A stretch of DNA of 49,268 nucleotides from Candidatus Woesearchaeota archaeon. GTDB taxonomy: Archaea; Nanobdellota; Nanobdellia; Woesearchaeales; DSVV01. Position numbers and translations under genes: made by a program. Below, piece by piece: positions 9,287 to 17,826 of the stretch. Numbering within the stretch: the stretch's first letter is position 1; each line of letters opens with the position of its first letter. A model generated the notes under the pieces. It was not told the DNA's origin. It saw only the letters and a list, made by a program, of their open reading frames with translations, and did no database searches. The stretch is taken from contig JBAZCJ010000001.1 of the NCBI GenBank assembly GCA_041671005.1, positions 1 through 49,268 of the forward strand. Reading direction: 5' to 3'.

Positions 9287-9389
9287 CAATAATACAAATA
9301 TACATTTCAGCATCAGATCAAGATCGATTTAAGCAATTTTTAGTTATAGATTCATAACTCTTAAATATATCTTTTTCTTTTTTACTTTT

Positions 9390-10184
9390 ATGAATGCAAT
9401 TTCTGTTCAAAATCTTACAAAAAAATTTAATGGATTGACTGCTGTCGACCATATTTCTTTTTCTGTAGGTAAAGGAGAAATTTTTGGATTTCTTGGTCCA
9501 AATGGCGCAGGAAAGACAACAACTATCAAAATGTTGACCACACTTCTTGACCCCTCTGGAGGATCAATAGAATTATACGGTGCAGATCCTTCAAAAGATA
9601 AAAATACTGTACGAAAAAATTTTGGGATTGTCTTTCAAGACCAAAGCCTTGATGATGAATTAACAGCATATGAAAATATGGAATTTCATGGAATCCTTTA
9701 TGATGTCCCAAAAATCTTGCTCAAACAACGGATAGAAGAATTGTTAAAATTTGTTGAATTATGGGACAGAAAAAATAGTTATGTTAAAACATTTTCAGGA
9801 GGCATGAAACGCAGACTTGAACTGGCACGGGGATTGCTTCACCACCCTAAAATTTTGTTTATGGACGAACCAACACTTGGTCTTGATCCACAAACACGAA
9901 ATCATATCTGGTCATATATTAATGAATTAAATAAAAAAGAAAAAATCACTGTATTTTTTACAACACATTACATGGAAGAAGCAGAAAAAAATGCAACGAA
10001 AACTGCAATAATAGATCATGGAAAAATTATAACTACCGGAACACCACAGCAATTAATGAAAAAAACAAAATCTGCATCTTTAGAAAATGCATTTATTAAA
10101 CTGACAGGCCATGCTATTCGTGAAGAAGAAGCAAATAACAGCGATCATTTAAGAGAAGTTATGAAAATGAGGAATAGACAATGA
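9390..10184 (+). CDS. ABC transporter ATP-binding protein (ABC-2 / DrrA-like exporter subunit)
   Basis: Walker A GPNGAGKTT, signature FSGGMKRRL, Walker B ILFMDEPTLGLD. Confidence 0.9.
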   Translation: MNAISVQNLTKKFNGLTAVDHISFSVGKGEIFGFLGPNGAGKTTTIKMLTTLLDPSGGSIELYGADPSKDKNTVRKNFGIVFQDQSLDDELTAYENMEFHGILYDVPKILLKQRIEELLKFVELWDRKNSYVKTFSGGMKRRLELARGLLHHPKILFMDEPTLGLDPQTRNHIWSYINELNKKEKITVFFTTHYMEEAEKNATKTAIIDHGKIITTGTPQQLMKKTKSASLENAFIKLTGHAIREEEANNSDHLREVMKMRNRQ

Positions 10185-10942
10185 ATCGCCATTATTTCAA
10201 GGTCATGTACATAATGTGGTTACGACAATTAAAACGATATTCTCGTTCAAAATCACGTCTTATTGGCGCACTTGGTCAGCCATTATTATTTTTATTTGCG
10301 TTAGGATTTGGTCTTGGACCTGTATTTGCACAAGCAGGAAAAGGTGATTATATCACATTTTTAGTCCCAGGCATTGTTGCAATGTCTGTTTTATTTACAT
10401 CTATGTTTTCAGGAATTGAAATTATTTGGGATAGACAATTCGGATTTTTAAAAGAAACACTTGTTGCACCAGTATCACGATTTCAAATTATGGTTGGCAG
10501 AACATTTGGCGGGGCAACCATTTCAATTTTCCAAGGTTTTGTTATTCTTTTACTCGCACATATTGTAGGATTTCGATTGCCAACCCTTACTGCTTTATTT
10601 TTCACATTTCTATTTATGGCATTAATTGCGTTAACATTTACTGCATTAGGAACTGCAATTGCATCCCGAATGCAGGACTTTCATGGATTTCAACTTATAA
10701 TGAATTTTCTTGTGATGCCATTAGTATTTTTATCAGGAGCATTATTTCCTATCGATGGCCTGCCAAAAGTAATGGAAATTATTGTTAAATGCAATCCCCT
10801 TTCTTACGGAATTGATGGTATGCGCGGAGCATTAAGCGGAACAGATGTCTATGGATTAATACCTGACCTCTGTGTTCTTGGCGTAACAACTGCAGTATTA
10901 TTTATTATTGGCAGCTATATGTTTTCTAAAATACAAGTTTGA
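10181..10942 (+). CDS. ABC-2 type transporter permease
   Basis: Six hydrophobic segments. ATGA start/stop overlap with the ATPase gene. Confidence 0.85.
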   Translation: MNRHYFKVMYIMWLRQLKRYSRSKSRLIGALGQPLLFLFALGFGLGPVFAQAGKGDYITFLVPGIVAMSVLFTSMFSGIEIIWDRQFGFLKETLVAPVSRFQIMVGRTFGGATISIFQGFVILLLAHIVGFRLPTLTALFFTFLFMALIALTFTALGTAIASRMQDFHGFQLIMNFLVMPLVFLSGALFPIDGLPKVMEIIVKCNPLSYGIDGMRGALSGTDVYGLIPDLCVLGVTTAVLFIIGSYMFSKIQV

Positions 10943-10958
10943 AGAAAAATTATTTAAG

Positions 10959-11765
10959 TTATATTTTTAAAAATCCATCCAATTCTTCTTCTTTCTTTGG
11001 CACTTTCAATGCTTTGCCTGTAAGTTTTTTATATAGGAAAAGATATTCATCTGATGCTTTCTTTTTTATATCATTAGGAATAGGTGGCGCAGGACCATTG
11101 CCTGTAAACCCTGCATCTGTTAGCCAATCTATAATAACATGTGGTTGAAACACAACATTATTTTCCCAATACACTGCAGTTTTTAGACAATGAAATCCTG
11201 GAATGATATTTCCTTCAACATCAAATTGATACGTTGCTGAAACAAGAACCAATCCTTGCTTTTCTGCATGTTCAGTTGCTTTTTGAAATAATTGTGCTGT
11301 TGTTTCTTCAATTTTTTCAAAAATATCTTCGTCAACAAGCCCTTCTGCATAAATTGCTTGTTTAGAATGAGTATGATCTTTCATAACAGGAATTAAAATT
11401 GGATTTTCTAATTTTTGATTTTCTTTTAATCCTGGAGGTAAAGTATGATCACAAACAGTCCTAATCCCTTTTTGATATTGTGTCCAAATGTTTAGTTGGT
11501 TTGTTAAATACCCCAGCATAATACAAGAAATAGGTAATTGCGGGAGGTTTTGAGTTATTATAACTCTTGGGTGTGGCAGATCAAGTTTTGCAAAATATGC
11601 TGTCAATGCTGCTAAAACATATCCTTTTAACGGAATTGTCCCTACTGAACGACCAGATACAACTTCTCTATCAGTTGCAATACATACTTTTTTTCCATTG
11701 AGAGGATAATAATCCCACTCATCATCCTGGATTTTTCCTGGAAAATTTGTTTTTTCGATTTCCAT
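10959..11765 (-). CDS. purC: SAICAR synthetase (PurC, long type) homologue with degenerate active-site motifs
   Basis: Collinear with long-type PurC: IPLKGYVLAALTAYF (cf. IPGKGxVLtxxSxFWF), GYLTN...TLPPGLKENQKLENPILIP (cf. GYLTGS...LPeGLxexxkLpePIFTP), GLVLVSATYQFD (cf. GIILADTKFEFG), IIDWLTDAGF...PAPPIPNDI...YLFLYKKLTG. DRISAFD, DTKFEFG and TPDSSR are not conserved. Confidence 0.55.
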   Translation of the reverse strand: MEIEKTNFPGKIQDDEWDYYPLNGKKVCIATDREVVSGRSVGTIPLKGYVLAALTAYFAKLDLPHPRVIITQNLPQLPISCIMLGYLTNQLNIWTQYQKGIRTVCDHTLPPGLKENQKLENPILIPVMKDHTHSKQAIYAEGLVDEDIFEKIEETTAQLFQKATEHAEKQGLVLVSATYQFDVEGNIIPGFHCLKTAVYWENNVVFQPHVIIDWLTDAGFTGNGPAPPIPNDIKKKASDEYLFLYKKLTGKALKVPKKEEELDGFLKI

Positions 11766-11771
11766 TGTAAG

Positions 11772-11797
11772 AATGACTCAAGTAAATGACTCAAGTA
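11772..11797. repeat. perfect 13-bp tandem direct repeat (AATGACTCAAGTA x2) immediately upstream of the PurC-like start
   Basis: Read directly: gaatgactcaagtaaatgactcaagtaac. It lies 7-32 nt upstream of ATG 11765 (minus strand). Confidence 0.6.
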
Positions 11798-12041
11798 ACA
11801 TATAGTTAACAGTATTCCTGAGAATAATACTTCTTATTGACCTTTGATTTATATAGTTTGTGATGGAAAATATATATTTAAAAAAAAGTTATCCATTGAA
11901 AAATAATATTTTACCACTTTTTAATAGTAAACTATATAAATAAGCTGACAACCATTTGTTCTAGGAGTCCAGAAAGTAGATATGAAAGTATGACTGTTCT
12001 GTTAACAGATAAGTTACAACTTGAGATAGGAACAGGAGTTA

Positions 12042-12764
12042 TTGATAATAATGATACTTGAAAATAAAATAGCACAATTACAACGAGAGAATGGAACTGT
12101 TGAATTTTCTTTAACAAATACCACTAATACAAATGAAGGATTAACAGTTGTCGTTGATAAGATCGATGATCAAGCATATGTTTATTTAAAATTTTATTCA
12201 ATAATGGGATTTCATTATGTTCCTTTAAATGAATCAGCATTTAATGATTGTTTTATAACAAGTCAGAGAAAAAATACACGAGAAGGGATTGCTATTTTTG
12301 ATATTAAAAAAAATCTCACCAATGCAAATTATAGTTTAGCAGGATTAGTTGATTATTTTGATAGACAATATGGAATCATTGAAGACGCAGCTGATTTAGG
12401 GTTCCTCTCTGATTCTCATGTATTTGATTTATTTGGAATTGGAAAACGTGCGAATAGAAGAGTTGTTGACAAATATGGACAAATTGCATTAGGGTGGGCG
12501 ATTGTTGAATATTGTACTGGAGAATTAAGTAATTTATTATCTGAACAAAGAGAAATGGGACATAGTAACTTTTATGGAGACATACAAATCATAGCAGAAC
12601 ATGCCTTAAGAAAAATGCATAGATTATATTCAAGAAGTCTTGACATGCACGGATTATTATATCAGGATCCTCATTTTATTATGGAACAGGAAAAACCAGC
12701 AGATTATACAACCTGGACAAGAAAACTCTTTGGAACAGGAATTCTTGAATCTCAAACCATCTGA
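12042..12764 (+). CDS. hypothetical protein (ATG at 12051 more likely than the TTG at 12042)
   Basis: Long ORF, no recognisable motif. Confidence 0.5.
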   Translation: MIIMILENKIAQLQRENGTVEFSLTNTTNTNEGLTVVVDKIDDQAYVYLKFYSIMGFHYVPLNESAFNDCFITSQRKNTREGIAIFDIKKNLTNANYSLAGLVDYFDRQYGIIEDAADLGFLSDSHVFDLFGIGKRANRRVVDKYGQIALGWAIVEYCTGELSNLLSEQREMGHSNFYGDIQIIAEHALRKMHRLYSRSLDMHGLLYQDPHFIMEQEKPADYTTWTRKLFGTGILESQTI

Positions 12765-14002
12765 ATAATCGTTGCACCGACCATTGTCATTGTAACAAGA
12801 ATTAAAAGAACAGTAGCTCCCCAGCAAATAATATTGTAAAATCTGCTATTTACATGTTCACCCATAATTTTTTCTTTGTTAATTAAATACAACATAGCAA
12901 CAAGAACAAAAGGTAATGCTAACCCATTGACAACTTGTGAAATAATTATCACGGGAATAAGTGGAACATTTGGAATTAAAACAATCATTGCAGATAAAAT
13001 AACCATTGCAACAATAATAACGTAAAATTTAGGTGCTTCATGATATTTTTTATTAACACCAGATTCCCATCCAAATGCTTCACAAATATAATACGCAGTT
13101 GAAAGAGGAAGAATAAATGCACCAAAAAAAGCAGCTGCAAATAATCCTACTGCAAAAAGCATTGATGCAAGATGACCTGCAAATGGTTCAAGAGCAATTG
13201 CAGCTTGATCAGCTGTTTCAATATGTATTCCATGAGGGAATAATGTTGCTGCTGCTGCAAGCATAATAAAAAAGGAAATACCCATAGAAATAATTCCACT
13301 AATAATTATTTCCCATTTTGCATACACATATTCAGATAATTTAACCCCTTTTTCAACAATAGCAGATTGAAGATAAAATTGCATCCACGGAGTGATAGAA
13401 GTTCCTAAAATCCCAACAAGAATAATCCAATAGTTCATACCAAACTGCAGAGTAGGAGTTATCATATTCCATCCCACTGTTGGCCAATCAGGATGCGCTA
13501 AAATTCCAGACAAAATATATGTTACATAAAATAAGCAAAGTCCTAAAAAAACACGTTCTAAATATTTGTAATTAACACGAATAATTAAAAATAAAACAAT
13601 AACAGCAGAACCAAAAACAACAAGATATTTGTTTAATCCAAAAATTTGCGCTGCAGCAGTAATTCCTGCAAACTCTGCAACTGTTGTTCCAAAATTTGCA
13701 ACAAATAAACCTATCATAAGCAAAACTGTTGTTCGCAACCCTACATTTTCACGAATTAAATCTGCAAGACCTTTTCCTGTCACAACACCCATACGCGCAC
13801 ACATTTCTTGAACAATAATCAACAATAACGCAAGAGGAATAATTGTCCAAAACATACTGTATCCATAGGACGCACCTGCAACTGAAAAAGTTGTAATCCC
13901 CCCAGCATCATTATCAGCAACTGCACTAATAATCCCCGGACCAATAATTGAGAAAAAAAACATAATGTTTCGAAAACTATTTCGAAAATCAAATTTGGCC
14001 AT
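12752..14002 (-). CDS. NRAMP/SLC11-family transporter with NRMT-like (putative Mg2+) substitutions
   Basis: 11-12 TM. The helix-1 motif reads D-A-G-G (nt 13898..13909) instead of DPGN. The helix-6 motif reads SITPWMQFYLQS (TPW at 13385..13393) instead of A-x-x-MPHN-x-x-LHS. AGGAGG SD sits 6-7 nt upstream, inside the preceding gene. Confidence 0.75.
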   Translation of the reverse strand: MAKFDFRNSFRNIMFFFSIIGPGIISAVADNDAGGITTFSVAGASYGYSMFWTIIPLALLLIIVQEMCARMGVVTGKGLADLIRENVGLRTTVLLMIGLFVANFGTTVAEFAGITAAAQIFGLNKYLVVFGSAVIVLFLIIRVNYKYLERVFLGLCLFYVTYILSGILAHPDWPTVGWNMITPTLQFGMNYWIILVGILGTSITPWMQFYLQSAIVEKGVKLSEYVYAKWEIIISGIISMGISFFIMLAAAATLFPHGIHIETADQAAIALEPFAGHLASMLFAVGLFAAAFFGAFILPLSTAYYICEAFGWESGVNKKYHEAPKFYVIIVAMVILSAMIVLIPNVPLIPVIIISQVVNGLALPFVLVAMLYLINKEKIMGEHVNSRFYNIICWGATVLLILVTMTMVGATIIQMV

Positions 14003-15329
14003 TGATGCCTCCTGATTTTAATTCTAATTTAAGATCGAGCTTAGGATCTATTTTATGTTTTCTTTTTGCTCGTTTAATGATTAGTTTTCTTCTAATCCAA
14101 GATTCAGGAATCACTTTTGTGAGAATTTCATCAGCAGTAATCATGCCTTTAAGCTTACTACTTTCATCTATAACAGGGATAACATAAAAATTATATTTTT
14201 CCAATGCAATTGCAATATCTTGTTTTGTCGCAGAGAGACCTACTGCCATAGGATGTTTTTTCATACTCAATTTTAACTTTTGACGAGGAGAAGCATTAAG
14301 CAACGTACGCACAGACAAGGTACCAACAAGATGATGGTCATGGTCAATAACAAAAAGAACGTGAATTTTATCTGCAGAAGGTTTTGATTTTTTAATATAT
14401 GAAATTGCTTGTGTCGCAGTCAAGTCATCATATAATGTAAAAACATCAGTTCTCATCAGTGCTCCTGCACTATTTTCAGGATATTGATGCAACTCCTGAA
14501 TACTTTTTGCTTTTTCAGGAGACATATGCTGCAAAATAAATTTAGCTTTTTCCTGATCCATTAAAATAAGAAGGTCTGCAGCTTTATACACAGGCATGCT
14601 TTCTAGCAATTCAACAATGCGAGGCACTTTTAATCCTTTGAAAAAAGATTCCTGGACTTCAGGCTGTGCTTCTACAAGTGTTTTTGCAGCAGTTTTTTTA
14701 TCAAGTTTGTTAAAAATAATCATCTGTTCTTTAGGAGTTAATTCTCCCATTAAATCCGCAATATCTCCTGGATGCATTTCTGCAATTTTTGTATGACTTT
14801 CTTTCAAATGAAGATGTTTATTTACTTCTAATGGTTCAACAAATTTCCAGGGAATAATACGTTCAGAAGTCATTGAATAAATAAATCGCCCAAAAACGTT
14901 TTGCTTAACACCTAATCGTCTAAAAAAACTTGTTGTACCAACACAAACCCCGGTAATACATAATTCTTCGTCTACTTTATTGAGCAATAAATCATTAACT
15001 CGAACAACTTTAACACCAGCAACATCAATTATTTGTTTATCTAGTAATTCATGTGCAAGAAGATCATGTTCATGAACAAATGTAAAATCCACATTTGAAG
15101 AAATAGTATTCAAAGAAATACTAAAGATTCCTGTAACTGTATCTTGTTTAATTCCTTGGACATAATCCCACGATACTCTTTTTTTATAATTATCTTTTGC
15201 AAGAAAAACAAAATAAATTATTTTTGCTGATTCCAATCCATCAACAAAAACAAGGTCACACAGTTTTCCAAGTATTTTTTTTTCGCTATCAATAACATCC
15301 TGATTAAATAATTCTGTGTAAAATACCAT
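13989..15329 (-). CDS. soluble PRC-barrel + MgtE N-domain + tandem CBS protein (MgtE cytosolic sensor module without a pore)
   Basis: ADLLILMDQEKAKFILQHMSPEKAKSIQELHQYPENSAGALMRTDV is the MgtE_N-to-CBS junction. Two CBS motifs follow (HVLFVIDHDHHLVGTLSVRTLL, YVIPVIDESSKLKGMITADEIL). There are N-terminal PRC-like repeats and a K-rich tail, but no TM segment. It overlaps the NRAMP start by 14 nt. Confidence 0.75.
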   Translation of the reverse strand: MVFYTELFNQDVIDSEKKILGKLCDLVFVDGLESAKIIYFVFLAKDNYKKRVSWDYVQGIKQDTVTGIFSISLNTISSNVDFTFVHEHDLLAHELLDKQIIDVAGVKVVRVNDLLLNKVDEELCITGVCVGTTSFFRRLGVKQNVFGRFIYSMTSERIIPWKFVEPLEVNKHLHLKESHTKIAEMHPGDIADLMGELTPKEQMIIFNKLDKKTAAKTLVEAQPEVQESFFKGLKVPRIVELLESMPVYKAADLLILMDQEKAKFILQHMSPEKAKSIQELHQYPENSAGALMRTDVFTLYDDLTATQAISYIKKSKPSADKIHVLFVIDHDHHLVGTLSVRTLLNASPRQKLKLSMKKHPMAVGLSATKQDIAIALEKYNFYVIPVIDESSKLKGMITADEILTKVIPESWIRRKLIIKRAKRKHKIDPKLDLKLELKSGGINGQI

Positions 15330-15495
15330 GGTTCCCCTTTTTTTTGATTCTCTTTAACATATAAAAAGCTTTTGTATTTGTTACCCCTTGATTGCAAACA
15401 ATAAAATGAAGTATCAAATTTTTTCAATAAATTTATATACCTGGTTTGGAAAGAGTCATAGTGAAAAAGATGATTCTTTTTCGAGGTGGTTTATT

Positions 15496-16167
15496 ATGCC
15501 AAAAAAAACAGTCAAAAAAGTAATAAAAAAAACAGCTAAAAATGTTCGAAAGATGCCACGAAAAGCAGTGAATGTAAAACCAGTTAATTCTATAACGCCT
15601 GTAACATTACCAGTTCAACCAACACAAACAGTTGAAACACAAGCACCACTCGTGCAAGAAGTTGTTCAACCTGTTACAGAAGCACCAGTCCAAAATGTTC
15701 CTACAGAACCAATTGTTCAAATAAAGGAGGAGTCTAAAATGACAGATGATAAAGGAGTTGGAAAAGATTATGACCCAACAGAATTTTCCCAGCCTGCAGT
15801 TCAGGCAGGAGACAGTAGTGGCTCAAAAATATTTTTATATGTCGGAATTAGTGTTGTCGTTATTGCATTAATTGTTGGCGGGTTATTTTTAGGAGGAGTC
15901 TTTAAACAAGGTTCATCCCAATCATTAACAGGCGCAACTGTTATTACAGCATACTGCACAGATTCAGATGGCGGATACAATAGATTCACCAAAGGTGTTG
16001 CAGAAGGAACATATTACCTTGATTATCAAGATGGAACATTTATGGATGAATGTGCATCTGGCGAAGAAAATAAATTAACAGAATATTACTGTAAAAATGA
16101 TCTTGTTGTCTATGTAACAGAACCATGCCCAGATGGAATGACATGCACTGATGGCATTTGCCAATAA
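15496..16167 (+). CDS. type II membrane protein: K-rich N-tail, P/V/Q-rich linker, one TM, Cys-rich C-terminal domain
   Basis: GAGGTGG SD 6 nt before ATG 15496. TM is IFLYVGISVVVIALIVGGLFLGGVF. The C-terminus CTDSDGG...DECASG...YYCKND...PCPDGMTCTDGIC has 8 Cys. The track start 15388 looks like a spurious extension. Confidence 0.6.
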   Translation: MPKKTVKKVIKKTAKNVRKMPRKAVNVKPVNSITPVTLPVQPTQTVETQAPLVQEVVQPVTEAPVQNVPTEPIVQIKEESKMTDDKGVGKDYDPTEFSQPAVQAGDSSGSKIFLYVGISVVVIALIVGGLFLGGVFKQGSSQSLTGATVITAYCTDSDGGYNRFTKGVAEGTYYLDYQDGTFMDECASGEENKLTEYYCKNDLVVYVTEPCPDGMTCTDGICQ

Positions 16168-16205
16168 AAATTTTTTTAATTTTATTTTCTTTTTAATTTT
16201 CTATT
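16168..16205 (+). terminator. oligo-T tract terminator candidate
   Basis: aaatttttttaattttattttctttttaattttc immediately after the stop codon. Archaeal termination typically uses T-runs. Confidence 0.35.
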
Positions 16206-16252
16206 TCTGAATATTTTAAGGAATTAAAAGTTGATTGAATTAAAATATACCT

Positions 16253-16837
16253 TTAAAGATCAAGAATATCCGGACAAACTATTTTTACATCTGCAGAGGC
16301 ATATCTAGAATAAAAAGCACCAATATGTCCTAACCCAAAAACTACAACATGGGGCTGATGTTCTTCCATTAATTTTAAAGCAGTTAAGTCACCTAAAAGA
16401 GGATTACAATTAGTTCCATAAAAACCACGATCGAAAAATAATAATTTCATCATGTTGCCACGAATTATCTCTCCAGTTAGAAAGTCCTTAGCAATTCCTG
16501 CTTTTCTTAAGAGTTCCCTTTCAAACGTATAAATATCTAAACCCACCTCGCTTGCCATGGTTAGTTCTTCAATATGCCTAATACAATTAATATGATCGTC
16601 CAAAGGAACAACGCGTCCACCATGAAAATTTACATATGCTCCAAGACTATTATAAAAATCACAAAAGGCAGGACGATGAATCTCCTTAGAAGTACTATCA
16701 GGCGTTACTGGATACTGACATGCTTCAGTACCAACAATTATTCCTTGTTTAACTATTTTTTCTAATAAACTAATAACTCCGGGAAGTTGATCGGGTGTAT
16801 GCTGAACACCTATAAACAATTGCGGAGAGTAAACCAT
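16253..16837 (-). CDS. hypothetical protein; weak resemblance to TraB/ChaN-type fold
   Basis: FIGVQHTPDQ...EAC near the N-terminus and VVVFGLGHIGAF near the C-terminus resemble TraB/GumN motifs. This is eye-level only. Confidence 0.35.
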   Translation of the reverse strand: MVYSPQLFIGVQHTPDQLPGVISLLEKIVKQGIIVGTEACQYPVTPDSTSKEIHRPAFCDFYNSLGAYVNFHGGRVVPLDDHINCIRHIEELTMASEVGLDIYTFERELLRKAGIAKDFLTGEIIRGNMMKLLFFDRGFYGTNCNPLLGDLTALKLMEEHQPHVVVFGLGHIGAFYSRYASADVKIVCPDILDL

Positions 16838-16954
16838 CTAAACAAAGGGTTAATTCTCTCTCTTTAAAGGTTATTATTAAAAATAAACAAAAAAAAATAA
16901 TTAAGAAAAAATAGTGAAAAGAAAATAAACAAAAGAATTAAAACAAAAAATCAA

Positions 16955-17704
16955 TCAAGCATATTCTTCTGCTTCAATAACAGTCAATGCAAGCTTTTTA
17001 TAATCCATTGCACCAGGTGAACGCTTTGCATAATCAAAAATATCTTTTCCTTGGCTTGGCGCTTCACGCAACTTTGAATTCATACGAATTGGATTGCTGA
17101 CTAATTCTTCATACCCTCGCTTGATTTCTTTCAATGTTTCAGTGCATGATTTGTTCCTTCGATCATACAACGTTGGAATAACTTGCGTAATTTTAATGTC
17201 ATGATCAAATAATTCATTAATTTCTGAAATTGTCTGGGACATTTTTTTCAATGCATCTAACGCAAGAAATTCTGTTGCAACAGGAACAAACGCTTCATTT
17301 GCATACAATAATGCATTAACATTAAGTAAACTTAATGATGGCGGGCAATCGATAATAACATAATCATAATTAAAAATAGGTTCTAACTTTCTTCTGAGAA
17401 TTGTTTCTCGACTTGTTTGACCACCCATAATTAATTCTGCTTTTGCCAAGGCACTATCACTTGTAATTATATCTAAATTTGGTCCTATATTAACAATACA
17501 ATCATATGGATCAACATCATTTATCAAAAGATCATACATTGTTTTTTCACTTTGAACACAAAGACATGTACCAAGATTTCCTTGTGGATCAAGGTCAATC
17601 ATAAGAACTCGTTTTTCATTTGCGGCAAGAGCAGTTGCCAGATTAATAGTCGTTGTTGTTTTTGCAACGCCCCCCTTCTGATTAATAATACAAATTTTCC
17701 TCAT
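16955..17704 (-). CDS. parA: ParA/Soj/MinD-family P-loop ATPase
   Basis: Deviant Walker A NQKGGVAKTTT, DLDPQGN, IIDCPPS. Confidence 0.85.
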   Translation of the reverse strand: MRKICIINQKGGVAKTTTTINLATALAANEKRVLMIDLDPQGNLGTCLCVQSEKTMYDLLINDVDPYDCIVNIGPNLDIITSDSALAKAELIMGGQTSRETILRRKLEPIFNYDYVIIDCPPSLSLLNVNALLYANEAFVPVATEFLALDALKKMSQTISEINELFDHDIKITQVIPTLYDRRNKSCTETLKEIKRGYEELVSNPIRMNSKLREAPSQGKDIFDYAKRSPGAMDYKKLALTVIEAEEYA

Positions 17705-17826
17705 ATCATCACCCTCTTTTTGTCATTACTATTATGAACGGATATGTATTCGCAACAACGGCAAAGTATTTAAAGTTTATCATTGTCTCGATAGAAAAGA
17801 AATTAAATTTTATCACAGGTGTACGT

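Noticed and set aside
12038-12049. A second Fur box (GTTATTGATAAT is identical to the left half of the box at 45241)
   Set aside because: Only a half-site is present with no inverted partner. It overlaps the start codon region of an AT-rich gene, so it is likely chance.
17734-17826. N-terminal extensions of track ORFs (also 1850..1870, 6880..6948, 15388..15495, 20422..20436, 20639..20689, 21681..21845, 23401..23475, 29318..29407, 35601..35609, 42093..42131)
   Set aside because: The extensions are hydrophobic or low-complexity and are not conserved in the recognised families. They run through the promoter/TATA or SD that serves a downstream in-frame ATG.
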